Below are positions 1 to 10,320 of a DNA stretch of 64,000 nt, one piece after another. Position 1 is the first letter of the stretch; each line of letters opens with the position of its first letter. The translations under genes and the position numbers were made by a program. Below the pieces are notes generated by a model, which did not search any database, was not told the origin of the DNA, and saw only the letters and a list, made by a program, of their open reading frames with translations. Source of the stretch: Patescibacteria group bacterium (GTDB taxonomy: Bacteria; Patescibacteriota; Minisyncoccia; Phycocordibacterales; Phycocordibacteraceae); the NCBI GenBank assembly GCA_013815345.1, contig JACDGK010000001.1, forward strand, positions 102,434 through 166,433, read 5' to 3'.

Positions 1-499
1 TTAGGAGATCGAGCATCGTAAGCCCTGTGCGAGCGACCCGATCTCCGTAGAGCGGACCGATTCCCCGTCCGGTAGTGCCGATCTTTTTCCCGCCGAGAGA
101 GGCTTCTTTCAGACGATCAAATAGAAGATGCTGCGGGAGCACGACATGCGCGTCCCGTGAAATCCGCAAGTGATCAAAAGAAAGACCGTTCAACTCCAAA
201 AGATCGAACTCTTCGCACAAGATGTGCAGGTCGAGCGCGACGCCGGTACCGATGATATTCATCTTATCGTCCGAATCCCGAAGGATGCCAGACGGAATGA
301 GATGAAAGACGTGCGTGCGGTTACCGATGCAAATGGTATGACCGGCATTGGCGCCACCCGTACCACGAGCAATGATATCCGCCCACTCGGAGAGGACGTC
401 GACAAACTTTCCCTTGCCGGTGTCTCCCCACTGAACATCGATGATGGCAATCGTCGATGGCTCCTTAGGCAACCGGAGCTGTTCTGCTACTGAGGTCAT
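1..499 (-). CDS. purA: Adenylosuccinate synthetase (runs off the window start)
   Basis: Not in the ORF track. Manual translation from ATG 499 gives QWGDTGKGKFVD, GGANAGHT and KIGTTGRGIGP motifs; GGAG SD upstream. Confidence 0.95.
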   Translation of the reverse strand, partial: MTSVAEQLRLPKEPSTIAIIDVQWGDTGKGKFVDVLSEWADIIARGTGGANAGHTICIGNRTHVFHLIPSGILRDSDDKMNIIGTGVALDLHILCEEFDLLELNGLSFDHLRISRDAHVVLPQHLLFDRLKEASLGGKKIGTTGRGIGPLYGDRVARTGLTMLDLL

Positions 500-502
500 G
501 GC

Positions 503-2031
503 TTATCTCCCGTGCGCATGATAGTTGGGTGCTTCCCGCGCGATCATAACGTCGTGCGGATGTGATTCCCTATCGCCGGCGGAGGTGACACGGAATGGTT
601 CGGCTTTGGCAACGAGTTCGCCCAAATTGGACGCGCCGACATACCCTAGTCCGTTCTCCACTCCTCCGAGAAGTTTTTCCACCGTCTCCTGCGAGTACCG
701 GTATGAGGAATCAACGCTTCGACTCCTTCCGCTACTAACCGCCGTCCGCTCCCTTTCGTTTGACGGTATCGCTCCCGCGATCCCGCATTCTCTCGGAGAG
801 CGGCTTCGGATGCCATGCCGCGGTATTCCTTCATTCGAGCTCCCGCAACGGTAACTTCATCTCCGGGAGCTTCTTGAGCTCCTGCCAGCAAGCGACCAAG
901 AATGACGCTTTCTGCACCCAAACCAAGAGCGATTACGATGTCACCAGGATTCACGATGCCGCCATCGGCGATCACCGGAATATCTGTTCCTCGGAGAGTC
1001 TTAACGCAGTCATATACCGCAGACGCCTGGGGGCAACCAATCCCGGTAACGACACGAGTAGTGCAGATAGAACCACCTCCTTGTCCAACGATTACAGCGT
1101 CGGCGCCCGCCTCAGCGAGACGTTTTGCGGCGGTAGCTCGAGAAACGTTCCCTGCGACGATATCGATGTCAGAATAGAGTTCCTTGAGTTGTCTGATGGT
1201 GTTGTGCACATTCGCACTGTCACCATGAGCCGTATCAATAACGAAGGCATCACAGCCTTTTTCGGCCAACAATACTGCACGCACTAACGCTCCTTCACCA
1301 ACTCCGACAGCAGCAGCGACCCGAAGATGGCCTCGACTATCGATGTTATGCATGGATTCGTTGGATTTTCCCCTTTGAAGGTCGGCGAAAACATAGAGTC
1401 CGGCAATTCCTCCGTCATCATCGACAAGCGGAAGAATTTTTCTCTTTTCGCGACGCGTAATTACATACGCCTCATCAATAGACGTGCCTTTCGGCGCGGT
1501 GATGAGGTTCGCAAGAGGAGTCATGGCCTCTTCCACAAGCGTTTCGCGGTCGGGCTGGAAATCAAAATCGTTTTGCGTGAGCAATCCGACGAGCTTCCCC
1601 TCTTTAAGCACGGGGAAGCTATGAAACGACAACTGTTCCGCTTCGCGTCTAGAGAGAATGTGGGCGAGCGTTTCGCTTGCATTAGCGGTAGTAGGATGCG
1701 GAATCAGACCATTCAGATGCAGCTTTACCCGCTGCACTTTAGCAGCTTGTGCTTCCGGCGTCATGTTCTTGTGAATGACACCGATACCACCGTTGCTCGC
1801 GAGCGCGATTGCCATTGAGGACTCGGTAACGGTGTCCATAGCGGCACTAGCGAGCGGTATAAGAAGCTCAATTCTACGCGAGAAGCGAGTTCGCAAATTC
1901 ACGTCGCTCGGCATGACATTCGATAGATCCGTGTGGAAACGAAGATCAGCGTAGGTCAACTTGAGACCTTGCGTATCCATTTTGGCAAAGAACAGGTCCA
2001 TGCCGGAATTCGGCGACTTTATGTGGGTCAT
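503..2031 (-). CDS. guaB: IMP dehydrogenase with CBS domains; apparent 1-nt frameshift near 691-697
   Basis: SAAMDTVTE, IDTAHG, GGGSICTTR and ADGG motifs. The ORF stops at 646, but the conserved C-terminus (GLGYVGA...RESHPHDV...EAPNY) continues in the -1 frame to TAA at 503-505. Confidence 0.93.
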
Positions 2032-2136
2032 TTATTCCTCCTTAAAGGATGGACGGAATTATCTCCGCAGATTAGGACGATACTGCCTCAACCGTATAGC
2101 ACAAAAGACCATCGAGCAAGATAGTGTTTGTATCGG

Positions 2137-2643
2137 CTATGAATGAGTATACGTGGCGTATGTCTTTGCAAACACCGAGCCATCAACAAGATACGGCTCA
2201 CCATTCGATACTCCTTCCTCATCGCAGCCATCAACAATAAAACAGTCACTGTCTCCTTTCCGCAGTGAACTCCGCTTACCTTGTATCTCAATCGGTTTTC
2301 CAAATGGATTCTTGAAAGCACGAACAAAACCGACTGCGCGATATATCCCTTCTTCAGAACCTTTTTGATATTTTACATTAAATTTTTCTTCAGGAACAAT
2401 ATATTCTTCTCCTTGCGAATTTGTTACTACCCATTCTCCCTCCTGTGCTCTGTTACTCGTTTCTTCTCTGCCGTCTACGAGTGTTGTCGTAATACGTTCT
2501 CCGGCTATAGCTGGGCGTGCTCGCACAATGCTTACTTTTTTATATATCTGAGCCTGAGCGAGACCTTCCATAATTTCTGGAGATTTTCTATCTACGTATT
2601 CAAAATGAGGAGCAGGATGCTCTGGCTTTCCTTCTAAAGACAT
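2137..2643 (-). CDS. Hypothetical protein, PGDYG-like repeated domain
   Basis: 168-aa ORF with two similar units (EGEWVVTNSQGEEYIV..KF..KY and GEPYLVD..VF.KTY). Confidence 0.55.
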   Translation of the reverse strand: MSLEGKPEHPAPHFEYVDRKSPEIMEGLAQAQIYKKVSIVRARPAIAGERITTTLVDGREETSNRAQEGEWVVTNSQGEEYIVPEEKFNVKYQKGSEEGIYRAVGFVRAFKNPFGKPIEIQGKRSSLRKGDSDCFIVDGCDEEGVSNGEPYLVDGSVFAKTYATYTHS

Positions 2644-2682
2644 CTATTTATAGTAACAGAGAGACCCGCGAGCGGATAAGAA

Positions 2683-2711
2683 AACCCCGCGCCACTTCGT
2701 GGCGCGGGGTT
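2683..2711 (-). terminator. Intrinsic terminator after purM
   Basis: AACCCCGCGCCAC-ttc-GTGGCGCGGGGTT hairpin followed by a T-run on the minus strand. Confidence 0.85.
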
Positions 2712-2731
2712 GCGAAGTCAAGGTTGCAGAG

Positions 2732-3853
2732 TCAGCGAACTGCCAGTGATTCGGCGTCATATTCTAATCCTACCGGTTTGATCAGAACGCCTTTTCGGCT
2801 GCTTGCCATGATATCGCCGGCATCGATTATATCGAAGGGGTAATTTCCCTTCGCATGAATATGGCGCACGAGAGTTAGATACTTCTGCGGTACATACAGC
2901 GCGAAGCCAGCACCCATGTTCAAATTTCCGTACGCTTCATGGTCACTGACACGTCCAAATTCACGAATAAAGTCAAACACGGGCTGTGGCTTCGGCGTTA
3001 CATCAATGATATACATGAAGTTTCCGGGAGCACGCATGAGCTTTCGCCAGCCATGACCCGTAATATTCACGCCGTAGTGAATCTCTACCCCCGCGTCGAG
3101 ACAATCCTCTACAAAACCAACATAGATATGTGTTGGATCAAGAAGCGCTTCACCATAGGTGCGGTTATCAGACAATCGGGCATTGTAGCCATCAGGATGA
3201 TTCTCGGCGATCGTGCGGGCGAGTGTAAATCCGTTCGCATGGGGACCGGAACTCGTAAGCAGAATGATGCAGTCGCCGTGCTGGATATTTCCGTTAATCA
3301 GCCTCTCTTTCGGCTTTATGATTCCCATTGCCGAACCGGAAAGAACAATCGTCCCAGGAATCACAATATCTTTTAGCGTAGGCGTTTCGCCGCCACCCCA
3401 GATGCATCGCGCCAGGTTACATCCATGCTGCCAACCCCTGATAAGGTCATCAGAACGTAGCTCATCCTCGAACCAATTCGAGGACCCCACTGCGAGATGC
3501 ATTGCCACCGAGAGCGGCAACGCCCCGAGCGTGCTCATATCGTTCACGATCATGGCAACCGCATCTTGGGCGATGTGATCGTAATAGGACTTGCCGGTAA
3601 GCGCGTACATCGCGTCAGCGACAAGGTTTTTCGTACCAAGACCTTCTTCAACATGTGCGAAGTAACTCTTTGCCGCTTCGATGAGGTAAACGCTCTCTCC
3701 TCGGCTTGGCTCGAATTCTCGAAACTCGCCGCCGTTAAAGCGACTGATATTTCCTGCTGTTTTCCGTGCTGCTTGTTGAGCCCTTCGCTTGAAAGGGTCC
3801 ATGACATCATAATTGACGCCGGAATCTTTATAAGTCATACCTTGCTCAGGCAT
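2732..3853 (-). CDS. purM: Phosphoribosylformylglycinamidine cyclo-ligase (AIR synthase)
   Basis: TYKDSGVN, EGLGTK, AMIVND, GGETP, SSGPHANG and NITGHG motifs. Start moved to MPEQG, which follows an AGGGA SD-like sequence. Confidence 0.9.
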   Translation of the reverse strand: MPEQGMTYKDSGVNYDVMDPFKRRAQQAARKTAGNISRFNGGEFREFEPSRGESVYLIEAAKSYFAHVEEGLGTKNLVADAMYALTGKSYYDHIAQDAVAMIVNDMSTLGALPLSVAMHLAVGSSNWFEDELRSDDLIRGWQHGCNLARCIWGGGETPTLKDIVIPGTIVLSGSAMGIIKPKERLINGNIQHGDCIILLTSSGPHANGFTLARTIAENHPDGYNARLSDNRTYGEALLDPTHIYVGFVEDCLDAGVEIHYGVNITGHGWRKLMRAPGNFMYIIDVTPKPQPVFDFIREFGRVSDHEAYGNLNMGAGFALYVPQKYLTLVRHIHAKGNYPFDIIDAGDIMASSRKGVLIKPVGLEYDAESLAVR

Positions 3854-3952
3854 GGTCGTTTCCCTTTCTCTAATGATTTGACAGAGAACAAATTCGCTGA
3901 TGGTACTGTAGGCAACATTACCCCAAAACGCAACCAAGACTATAAAGAGTGC

Positions 3953-4693
3953 TCATTTAAATACATTCTGTAATGTCGCGCTGATACTTTGATACCACAG
4001 TCCGTATCCCGCATCGCTCGGATGGAAATGGTCCGCGGCATAATAGAGAGGGACGTTTTTATTGAATGGCTCATCAGCTTTGTTCTTGTAAAGGTCTACA
4101 TAGGAGATATTGGAATACTTTGTTATCTCTGTCATAAAGGTCTGACGAACCTGCAACGTGCGATTCGTATACAACCACGTAAGCGGAAATCGAAAGACGG
4201 GCGAAAGTCCTACATTTCCTGCAGTGAGCACGAGGGTATGCGTAGCATGGATAGTGGCCCATTCCAGGACACTATCCAGTCGGCTCCGGATATCCGCATA
4301 CGAAGTAAAACCGACAATATCATTCGCCCCGATCTGAATGAGTGCGACGTCGTAATGCGTAGTTGTTGGGAGTACATTCAGTTTTTCGACAAGTCCCTGC
4401 AGTTTAAGTCCATTCTTTGAAACATTCCTTATATTCGCCATCGGATACTGCGCACCCAATCTTCCTCCCGTTGAATTCTTGGAATCTCGCGTCCCGGTGC
4501 CGAAAGCCGTACTGTCTCCCGCCACAAGAAAAGACCCTGTCGCATTCACGGGATGTTGTTCATAGGGCACGGCTTCATTCATAAGTTCCTTTTCATGCTG
4601 AACTGCTTGATATATCGGATATCCGACATACACAATGTAGCTGAGCAGAATGACAACAACGATGACGCTGCTATACACAAGAGTGGTGTTCAT
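3953..4693 (-). CDS. SGNH/GDSL hydrolase with N-terminal membrane anchor
   Basis: GDSTA, IGAND and DHFHP blocks. Confidence 0.88.
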   Translation of the reverse strand: MNTTLVYSSVIVVVILLSYIVYVGYPIYQAVQHEKELMNEAVPYEQHPVNATGSFLVAGDSTAFGTGTRDSKNSTGGRLGAQYPMANIRNVSKNGLKLQGLVEKLNVLPTTTHYDVALIQIGANDIVGFTSYADIRSRLDSVLEWATIHATHTLVLTAGNVGLSPVFRFPLTWLYTNRTLQVRQTFMTEITKYSNISYVDLYKNKADEPFNKNVPLYYAADHFHPSDAGYGLWYQSISATLQNVFK

Positions 4694-4696
4694 ATT

Positions 4697-5197
4697 CTAT
4701 TTCTCATCAAGAACAGCTCTTTTTTGAACATTTTGAATTATTTGTTCGAGCACCGCTATATACGTCGCAAGATCCGAGAGATCAATACCCTGAACCAAGG
4801 GTCGCATCACCTCTCGTACATGAATCTCCGTACTCTGGACGAACTGCTTACCTTTGGAAGTGAGACAAAGCAATTTTACGCGACTATCGTGAGCATCCTC
4901 TTTCAATTCGATAAGACTTCGCTTTTTAAGTTTCTTAATAATAAGCGTGACAAAAGGCGCTTCCACCCCAAGATCTTCGGCAACGACACTCGCCCGCACT
5001 GCTTTGGGGCGCTCATAGAGAAGACCGAGAAAGGCCCATTCAATGGTTGAAATATCGAGATGAATGAGCGCTTCCGTAGTCTGCTGTTTAAGCATGCGAT
5101 AGGCTTTTGCTTGTACAAGACCCAGATGATACGTGTTTCTGTTACGCAGTACTGCGCTTACCTTTTCGACTATTTTTTTTGGAGTGTTTTTGGACAT
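4697..5197 (-). CDS. MarR family regulator
   Basis: Winged HTH with DSRVKLLCLTSKG. Confidence 0.88.
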   Translation of the reverse strand: MSKNTPKKIVEKVSAVLRNRNTYHLGLVQAKAYRMLKQQTTEALIHLDISTIEWAFLGLLYERPKAVRASVVAEDLGVEAPFVTLIIKKLKKRSLIELKEDAHDSRVKLLCLTSKGKQFVQSTEIHVREVMRPLVQGIDLSDLATYIAVLEQIIQNVQKRAVLDEK

Positions 5198-5244
5198 ATA
5201 GATATCTCTCTCGATATTCTACACTGAAGCGCGAATAGAAACTG

Positions 5245-5273
5245 AAAAGCCAAGACCCCTTGTCTTGGCTTTT
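5245..5273. terminator. Intrinsic terminator after the fasciclin gene
   Basis: GAAAAGCCAAGAC..GTCTTGGCTTTT hairpin. Confidence 0.7.
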
Positions 5274-5300
5274 CCCTCATCACACGAAAAGAGCCGTGAG

Positions 5301-5912
5301 CTATTTCGCAGGAAGCGTCAAGACCGAGTCAATGACAAAGGTGACGCCGTTACTTGAGATAACATCAGGCGTTTCAACCGTGGCAGTACCGTTTACGGTA
5401 ATCTGGCCGGTTGCTGATTTTCCGATCGTCAATGGCTTCCCTTCCACACTGGTAAGTACCTGGCCATCATGCAGATCGGCGGCCGTATAACGACCAGCTA
5501 CGACGTGGTAGGTCAAGATATCAGCGAGCTTCGCTTTGTTCTCAGGCTTTAGCAAGGTTTGTACCGTGCCAGCTGGAAGCTTCGCAAAAGCATCGTTGTT
5601 AGGGGCAAAGACGGTAAAAGGACCAACTCCTTCAAGCGTCGGCGCAAGACCTGCAGCGCTCACTGCTGCGACGAGTGTCGTAACATTGCTTGCATTCATT
5701 GCATTTTGCACAATGTCACGGTCAGGAGTCATGTACGCACCTCCCACTAAGACACCCTGCTGAATAGGTTGCGCTTGGGTCTGATCATAGGTACTGGATG
5801 CAGTATTGTTTGCTAGCGTTCCATTGTTGTTTGACTGCCAATACACGAGACCGATAATCGCTATGACGATAACGATAACGATAATAATTACCGTAATTGC
5901 TGTTTTATTCAT
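5301..5912 (-). CDS. Fasciclin (FAS1) domain protein, membrane-anchored
   Basis: GPFTVFAPNNDAF, ILTYHVV and NGVTFVIDSVL motifs. Confidence 0.93.
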   Translation of the reverse strand: MNKTAITVIIIVIVIVIAIIGLVYWQSNNNGTLANNTASSTYDQTQAQPIQQGVLVGGAYMTPDRDIVQNAMNASNVTTLVAAVSAAGLAPTLEGVGPFTVFAPNNDAFAKLPAGTVQTLLKPENKAKLADILTYHVVAGRYTAADLHDGQVLTSVEGKPLTIGKSATGQITVNGTATVETPDVISSNGVTFVIDSVLTLPAK

Positions 5913-6020
5913 AGAGTTGCGCTAGGTGATAATGGGTACATTACTTAACATTGTTAACTATATCCATACCCCCTGAAGTTCGGATGAAGAAGAAGTTCTG
6001 CCTTGTTGCATAGAGAGGGA

Positions 6021-6410
6021 TCAAGGAGAAAATGGAAAGTAGTAGAGAGCGAGCGTAGCCGCGATCGTTATAAGAATTCCAAGCATTAAAATGAGAGTGG
6101 CTTGAGTACGGTCTTGAGAACGTAGTTCATGCACTACGCTTTGTCGCTCGCTTGAAGTAATGCCAAAATCAAAAAATCCATTGAATCCCAAGGTTATACA
6201 AAAATGAAAGATAACTTGGAGAAAACCAAGTGTTCCAATTAATACCGGAAAAAAGATAAGCGTCCTTAGAAGTGGCGAGCTCGGAAGTATGAAACAAATG
6301 AGGATAAAAAGGAGCGAACTCGACAAGCCAATCCACCCGTAACGCCAATTACGATTGATCTCATGAGGTCCAATGTTACACATTCCCGGAATATACTGCC
6401 GATTTGCCAT
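6021..6410 (-). CDS. Hypothetical membrane protein
   Basis: 129 aa with three hydrophobic segments and a CNIG motif. Confidence 0.65.
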   Translation of the reverse strand: MANRQYIPGMCNIGPHEINRNWRYGWIGLSSSLLFILICFILPSSPLLRTLIFFPVLIGTLGFLQVIFHFCITLGFNGFFDFGITSSERQSVVHELRSQDRTQATLILMLGILITIAATLALYYFPFSP

Positions 6411-6425
6411 AAAAATAAAGAAAGA

Positions 6426-7970
6426 CTATCTTGATCGCGGAATTATAGTCATGAGGAGTTCCTTTAAAGAACCGAAGTTAACTGGTTTGACGAAATGATA
6501 ATCAAATCCTGCGCCTTGCGAACGACGTTTGTCAGATTCCTGACCCCAGCCGGTAGTCGCAATGAGTATGATATGTTCTCCCCATGACTGTCGCCGAATC
6601 ATTTGTGCTAACTCAAGTCCGTTTATCTTTGGCATTCCTAAATCAAGAAGGATCACGTCAGGTTTAAAACTCTCGGCTTGCCGATACGCCTCAAAACCAT
6701 CGTATCCGATCTTCACCGCACATCCTTGGGCGCCGAGGAGCATTTTGAGGGAATCAGTAGCGTCTTTGTTATCATCCACGATCAATACGCGCAAATCAGG
6801 GGAAAGGGACTTCTTTTCTATCTCGGGCGTATCTCCCTCTGTTTCCTCGGCCGAGTCTCGTATTGGAATCTGTATGGTGAATGTTGTTCCCTTTCCTTCT
6901 TCAGACTCCACAGCAATGGTGCCGTCATGCAGCTCGACGAGCGTCTTTGCGAGCGTCAAACCAATGCCGAGTCCGCTTTTTGTGTTTTCGGTACCTGTCG
7001 GCACTTGCATAAACATTGTAAAGATTTGTGGCAGCATTTCAGGAGATATTCCTGGTCCATCATCTCTAACCGTGATAATTACTTGGTTCTTTCTGCGCTC
7101 TCCCTCGAGCCATATATGACCGCCGCCAGGAGTATATTTTGCGGCATTATTTAAGAGATTTGAAATTATCTGTGCAAGACGGATTCGATCGCCGTTGAGG
7201 TACAGCGTTCGCTGCGGCAGTGTCGCGGTAAAAGTATGTCCAGCAGAATCGAGAACCGGCTGACTTGTTTCGATAGCCATCTTAAGCACCTCGTTTAGAT
7301 TTACTCGTTCATTCCGAAGTTCGAGCCTATTGCTGCTGATACGTGCTACATCGAGAAGGTCGTCGATCAGTCGAGTCATCTGTCCTATCTGGCGATTCAT
7401 CACGGTGAGAGCCCATTCTTCTTCGGAAGTCTGTGCCGTATTTAAGTTAAGAATATCAATGGCATTACGGAGAGGGGCAAGCGGATTGCGCAATTCATGA
7501 GCAAGCACCGCAAGAAATTCATCTTTGTTTTTCGCTTCATCTTTAAGGATTTCCTCATTGTGAATTCTCTCTGAGATATCACGCGCAACTTTTGAGGCGC
7601 CCACCACAATACCTCTTTCGTTGCGTACCGGAGAAATACTAATCGAAAGGAAAACGGGCGTCCCATCTTTGTGGCGTCGCACTGTTTCAAAATGTTCAAT
7701 ATGTTCTGCTTTGTTTAATCGCTGCATGATTAGAAGCTCTTCCTCAATCCTTTCAGGCGGGATGATGAGTGCAATATGTTGTCCAATGGCTTCATCGGCA
7801 CTATAACCAAATATTCGTTCTGCACTTTTATTCCAGGTGCGAATAACGCCATCAAGCGTCTTGCTGATGATCGCGTCTTCAGAGGATTCTACGATAGCTG
7901 CGTGGAGATTCTTGAGTTGTTTGTCGCCGGCGAAAGCATCCTGAGCTCCTGGCCCAGTGTTGGTTTCCAT
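6426..7970 (-). CDS. PAS-domain hybrid sensor histidine kinase/response regulator
   Basis: PAS domain, AHELRNPL, N/G boxes and a C-terminal receiver (LIVDD...DLGMP). Confidence 0.95.
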   Translation of the reverse strand: METNTGPGAQDAFAGDKQLKNLHAAIVESSEDAIISKTLDGVIRTWNKSAERIFGYSADEAIGQHIALIIPPERIEEELLIMQRLNKAEHIEHFETVRRHKDGTPVFLSISISPVRNERGIVVGASKVARDISERIHNEEILKDEAKNKDEFLAVLAHELRNPLAPLRNAIDILNLNTAQTSEEEWALTVMNRQIGQMTRLIDDLLDVARISSNRLELRNERVNLNEVLKMAIETSQPVLDSAGHTFTATLPQRTLYLNGDRIRLAQIISNLLNNAAKYTPGGGHIWLEGERRKNQVIITVRDDGPGISPEMLPQIFTMFMQVPTGTENTKSGLGIGLTLAKTLVELHDGTIAVESEEGKGTTFTIQIPIRDSAEETEGDTPEIEKKSLSPDLRVLIVDDNKDATDSLKMLLGAQGCAVKIGYDGFEAYRQAESFKPDVILLDLGMPKINGLELAQMIRRQSWGEHIILIATTGWGQESDKRRSQGAGFDYHFVKPVNFGSLKELLMTIIPRSR

Positions 7971-8013
7971 AGTGCAAATAGTACCACTTATCCTTTAGTA
8001 AGCAGGGATGAGA

Positions 8014-8835
8014 TCAACGAGTATCGATTGCGACTGCTGGAATCTCGTCTTTTCTGGTAAGGCTTAGATATATAACAAGAAACAAAATCGCTGCTAAAAA
8101 GATCAAGCTGGTTAGGGTTGTTCCAAGGCCCAAACCTCCATCTCCACCCGTCTGAGAAAGATAGTCTCCGATAGAAGCGCCGAGCGGACGAGTGAGGATG
8201 TACGCAATCCAAAAGGCTAGGACGGCATAGGTGCCTGACTGACGGCGATGCCCTGCGGTCAACATCCTCTTTGCTCCAAAATACACTATGGTCACTATCG
8301 CGATAAGGCCTGCAAAGATGCCTGCGGAGAGCAAATAACCAACATTAAGCTGCTCCGCAACAAGGTCCCCTGCCGATGTTCCAAGAGCGAAAGTGAAAAG
8401 AATAGCGAGCCAATAAAAGGCTTCGCGCTTGGTCGTGAAAATGGAATGGATTGATAATGTTTTTTCGCTTGCGTACCAGACCGCAAACGTGAGTGCGAGG
8501 GCGATAGAAAATATAATAGTCGTCGTCTGCAGAGCGACCCCGAAATTATCGACGAGGTTATCGGTGATCTGCGTACCCACTACGCTTATGAGCACGACGG
8601 CGAGCCAGTAAATCGCGGGCACATACTTTTTTGCTCTGAATTGGAAAAATAGTACGACGATTAGTACGACGCTCGTTATGATAGTAGTTATGGTGAGACC
8701 GAGGTTTAGCGTCGTGCTCAAAAAGTCCGAAGCAGTTTCACCAACAGTAGTACACAGAATCTTGATAATCCAAAAGAAAATCGTGACTTCAGGTACTTTA
8801 TTTAAAAGTTGTCGTCCGACGGAAGGTATAGTCAT
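8014..8835 (-). CDS. COG4705/DUF347-like membrane protein
   Basis: NKVPEVT..FWIIK..TTVGET.SD, REAFYWLAILFTFALGT and LTRPLGAS.GD motifs. Confidence 0.8.
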   Translation of the reverse strand: MTIPSVGRQLLNKVPEVTIFFWIIKILCTTVGETASDFLSTTLNLGLTITTIITSVVLIVVLFFQFRAKKYVPAIYWLAVVLISVVGTQITDNLVDNFGVALQTTTIIFSIALALTFAVWYASEKTLSIHSIFTTKREAFYWLAILFTFALGTSAGDLVAEQLNVGYLLSAGIFAGLIAIVTIVYFGAKRMLTAGHRRQSGTYAVLAFWIAYILTRPLGASIGDYLSQTGGDGGLGLGTTLTSLIFLAAILFLVIYLSLTRKDEIPAVAIDTR

Positions 8836-8842
8836 AAGTATA

Positions 8843-8874
8843 ACAAAAAAGCCAGCTTTCGCTGGCTTTTTTGT
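8843..8874. terminator. Intrinsic terminator or attenuator between the secreted-protein gene and the COG4705 gene
   Basis: ACAAAAAAGCCAGC-tttc-GCTGGCTTTTTTGT. Confidence 0.8.
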
Positions 8875-8880
8875 GGAATG

Positions 8881-9225
8881 TTAGTTGGCGTCTTCCACTT
8901 CGTTTGCATCAGCACCAGTACCGCTCTCTGACTCAGTAGCGTCTGCTGCTACTGTGGTCTTGCTAGAGACAGGTGAGACTGAGGCGTCATCGGCAGTCTC
9001 TCCATCAGTATTGCTAAGGTCCTGCTGGGTAGATTGAACGATAGCGCTATCGTCTGCCGTTTCTCCATCAGCGTTTGTTGGATCTTGCTGACTCGTCTGT
9101 ACTGCTGCTTGCGTTGAAGCAGGGGCTGCAGCTACACTTTGCGCGTGTACTTGGAATCCAATGGCGGTTCCAACGCCGATGATGAACACGGCGACAAGCG
9201 CGAGATAGGTTGAAGGAATTTTCAT
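8881..9225 (-). CDS. Secreted acidic low-complexity protein with a duplicated motif
   Basis: Signal peptide ending VHA; QQDPTNADGETADD and QQDLSNTDGETADD repeats. Confidence 0.7.
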   Translation of the reverse strand: MKIPSTYLALVAVFIIGVGTAIGFQVHAQSVAAAPASTQAAVQTSQQDPTNADGETADDSAIVQSTQQDLSNTDGETADDASVSPVSSKTTVAADATESESGTGADANEVEDAN

Positions 9226-9289
9226 AGAATTTGCTTGTAAGTTAGTAAGGGAGGGCGTTTGCCCATAGACAGAGGATACGAAAACCTGT

Positions 9290-9306
9290 GTAAATGCTCT
9301 GTAAAG
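9290..9306 (-). promoter_or_regulatory. Putative OmpR-family binding direct repeat
   Basis: GTAAA-N6-GTAAAG (11-bp period). The same motif occurs at 10959-10975. Confidence 0.5.
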
Positions 9307-9309
9307 ACT

Positions 9310-10320
9310 TTACACAAGTGGGAGCGTAATAACTACTCGTGTTCCTTTCTCTTTTTCACTTTGTACCGTAATGGTGCCGTTATGCTGCTCTACTATCGTC
9401 TTTACGATAGCAAGTCCAAGTCCTGTTCCCTGCTGGGAAGTCTTTATACCTTTGTAAAACGGGGTAAATATATGGGGCATATCTCTAGGATCAATACCCT
9501 TTCCCGTATCGACAATCGTTATTTTTCCGAATGAATCATTGTGAAGTAGATTGATCGTGACTACCTCTCCCGTTTCAGTATGTTCAAGACTATTTTGAAT
9601 AATATTCACCAACATCCGCGTAATCGCGTCTTCATTTCCCTGCACTACTCCAGCCATTAATTTCTCAACCGCAAGGGTTACTCCTTTTTCTGCAGCAAAT
9701 GGCTGCATTTTATCGAGAACTTTTCTAATGACGTTCTCGAGCGCGAAAGGTTCCGCTACTTTTTCGCTCGCTTGCTCAGACCGAGCCAGGGCAAGTAAGT
9801 CTTCGACCATTGCGGTCATTCCTTTCACTTCTTCTAAATTGGAAACGAGCGTGGTACGCATCTGACCTGAAGACGGTTGAACATTTCGAAGAAGTACTTC
9901 AATATCATTTCTTATGATAGTAAGCGGCGTTCGTAGCTCGTGGGATGCCTGTGCTGCAAATGTTCGCTGTGCTTCATGGGATTCTTCTACCGGACGTAAT
10001 GTTTTCCCGGCCAGCAGGTAGCTCACAATGGCTGCAATGAGGATTATGGTGAGGTCAGACGCCACGAGCGTATGCTGCAAAGAATCCGAAGCGCTTTCAA
10101 CGAAATGCTGCCGTGAGATATTTCCTGCAAAATCTTCCTCACTTGCATCAGCAAAGTTTCCAATAATAGTGTGGTACAGGAAAAGACTGAAGCCGCAGAC
10201 GATGATGGCAATGATAAGCACATAGAGCGCAGTCAGTTTAAGACGCGCTTTAAAAAAGAGATTACGGTGAGAGCCGGTAGCCGATTCCCCTAACTGTCTC
10301 GATAGTAATGCTTTCATCAT
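9310..10320 (-). CDS. Membrane sensor histidine kinase
   Basis: Two TM helices, ASHELRTPL, HATPase GTGLGL. Confidence 0.93.
   Translation of the reverse strand: MMKALLSRQLGESATGSHRNLFFKARLKLTALYVLIIAIIVCGFSLFLYHTIIGNFADASEEDFAGNISRQHFVESASDSLQHTLVASDLTIILIAAIVSYLLAGKTLRPVEESHEAQRTFAAQASHELRTPLTIIRNDIEVLLRNVQPSSGQMRTTLVSNLEEVKGMTAMVEDLLALARSEQASEKVAEPFALENVIRKVLDKMQPFAAEKGVTLAVEKLMAGVVQGNEDAITRMLVNIIQNSLEHTETGEVVTINLLHNDSFGKITIVDTGKGIDPRDMPHIFTPFYKGIKTSQQGTGLGLAIVKTIVEQHNGTITVQSEKEKGTRVVITLPLV

Noticed and set aside
170-1818. Plus-strand ORFs over purA/guaB and many similar antisense ORFs throughout the window
   Set aside because: They are shadows of well-supported genes on the opposite strand or frame and show no recognisable motifs.
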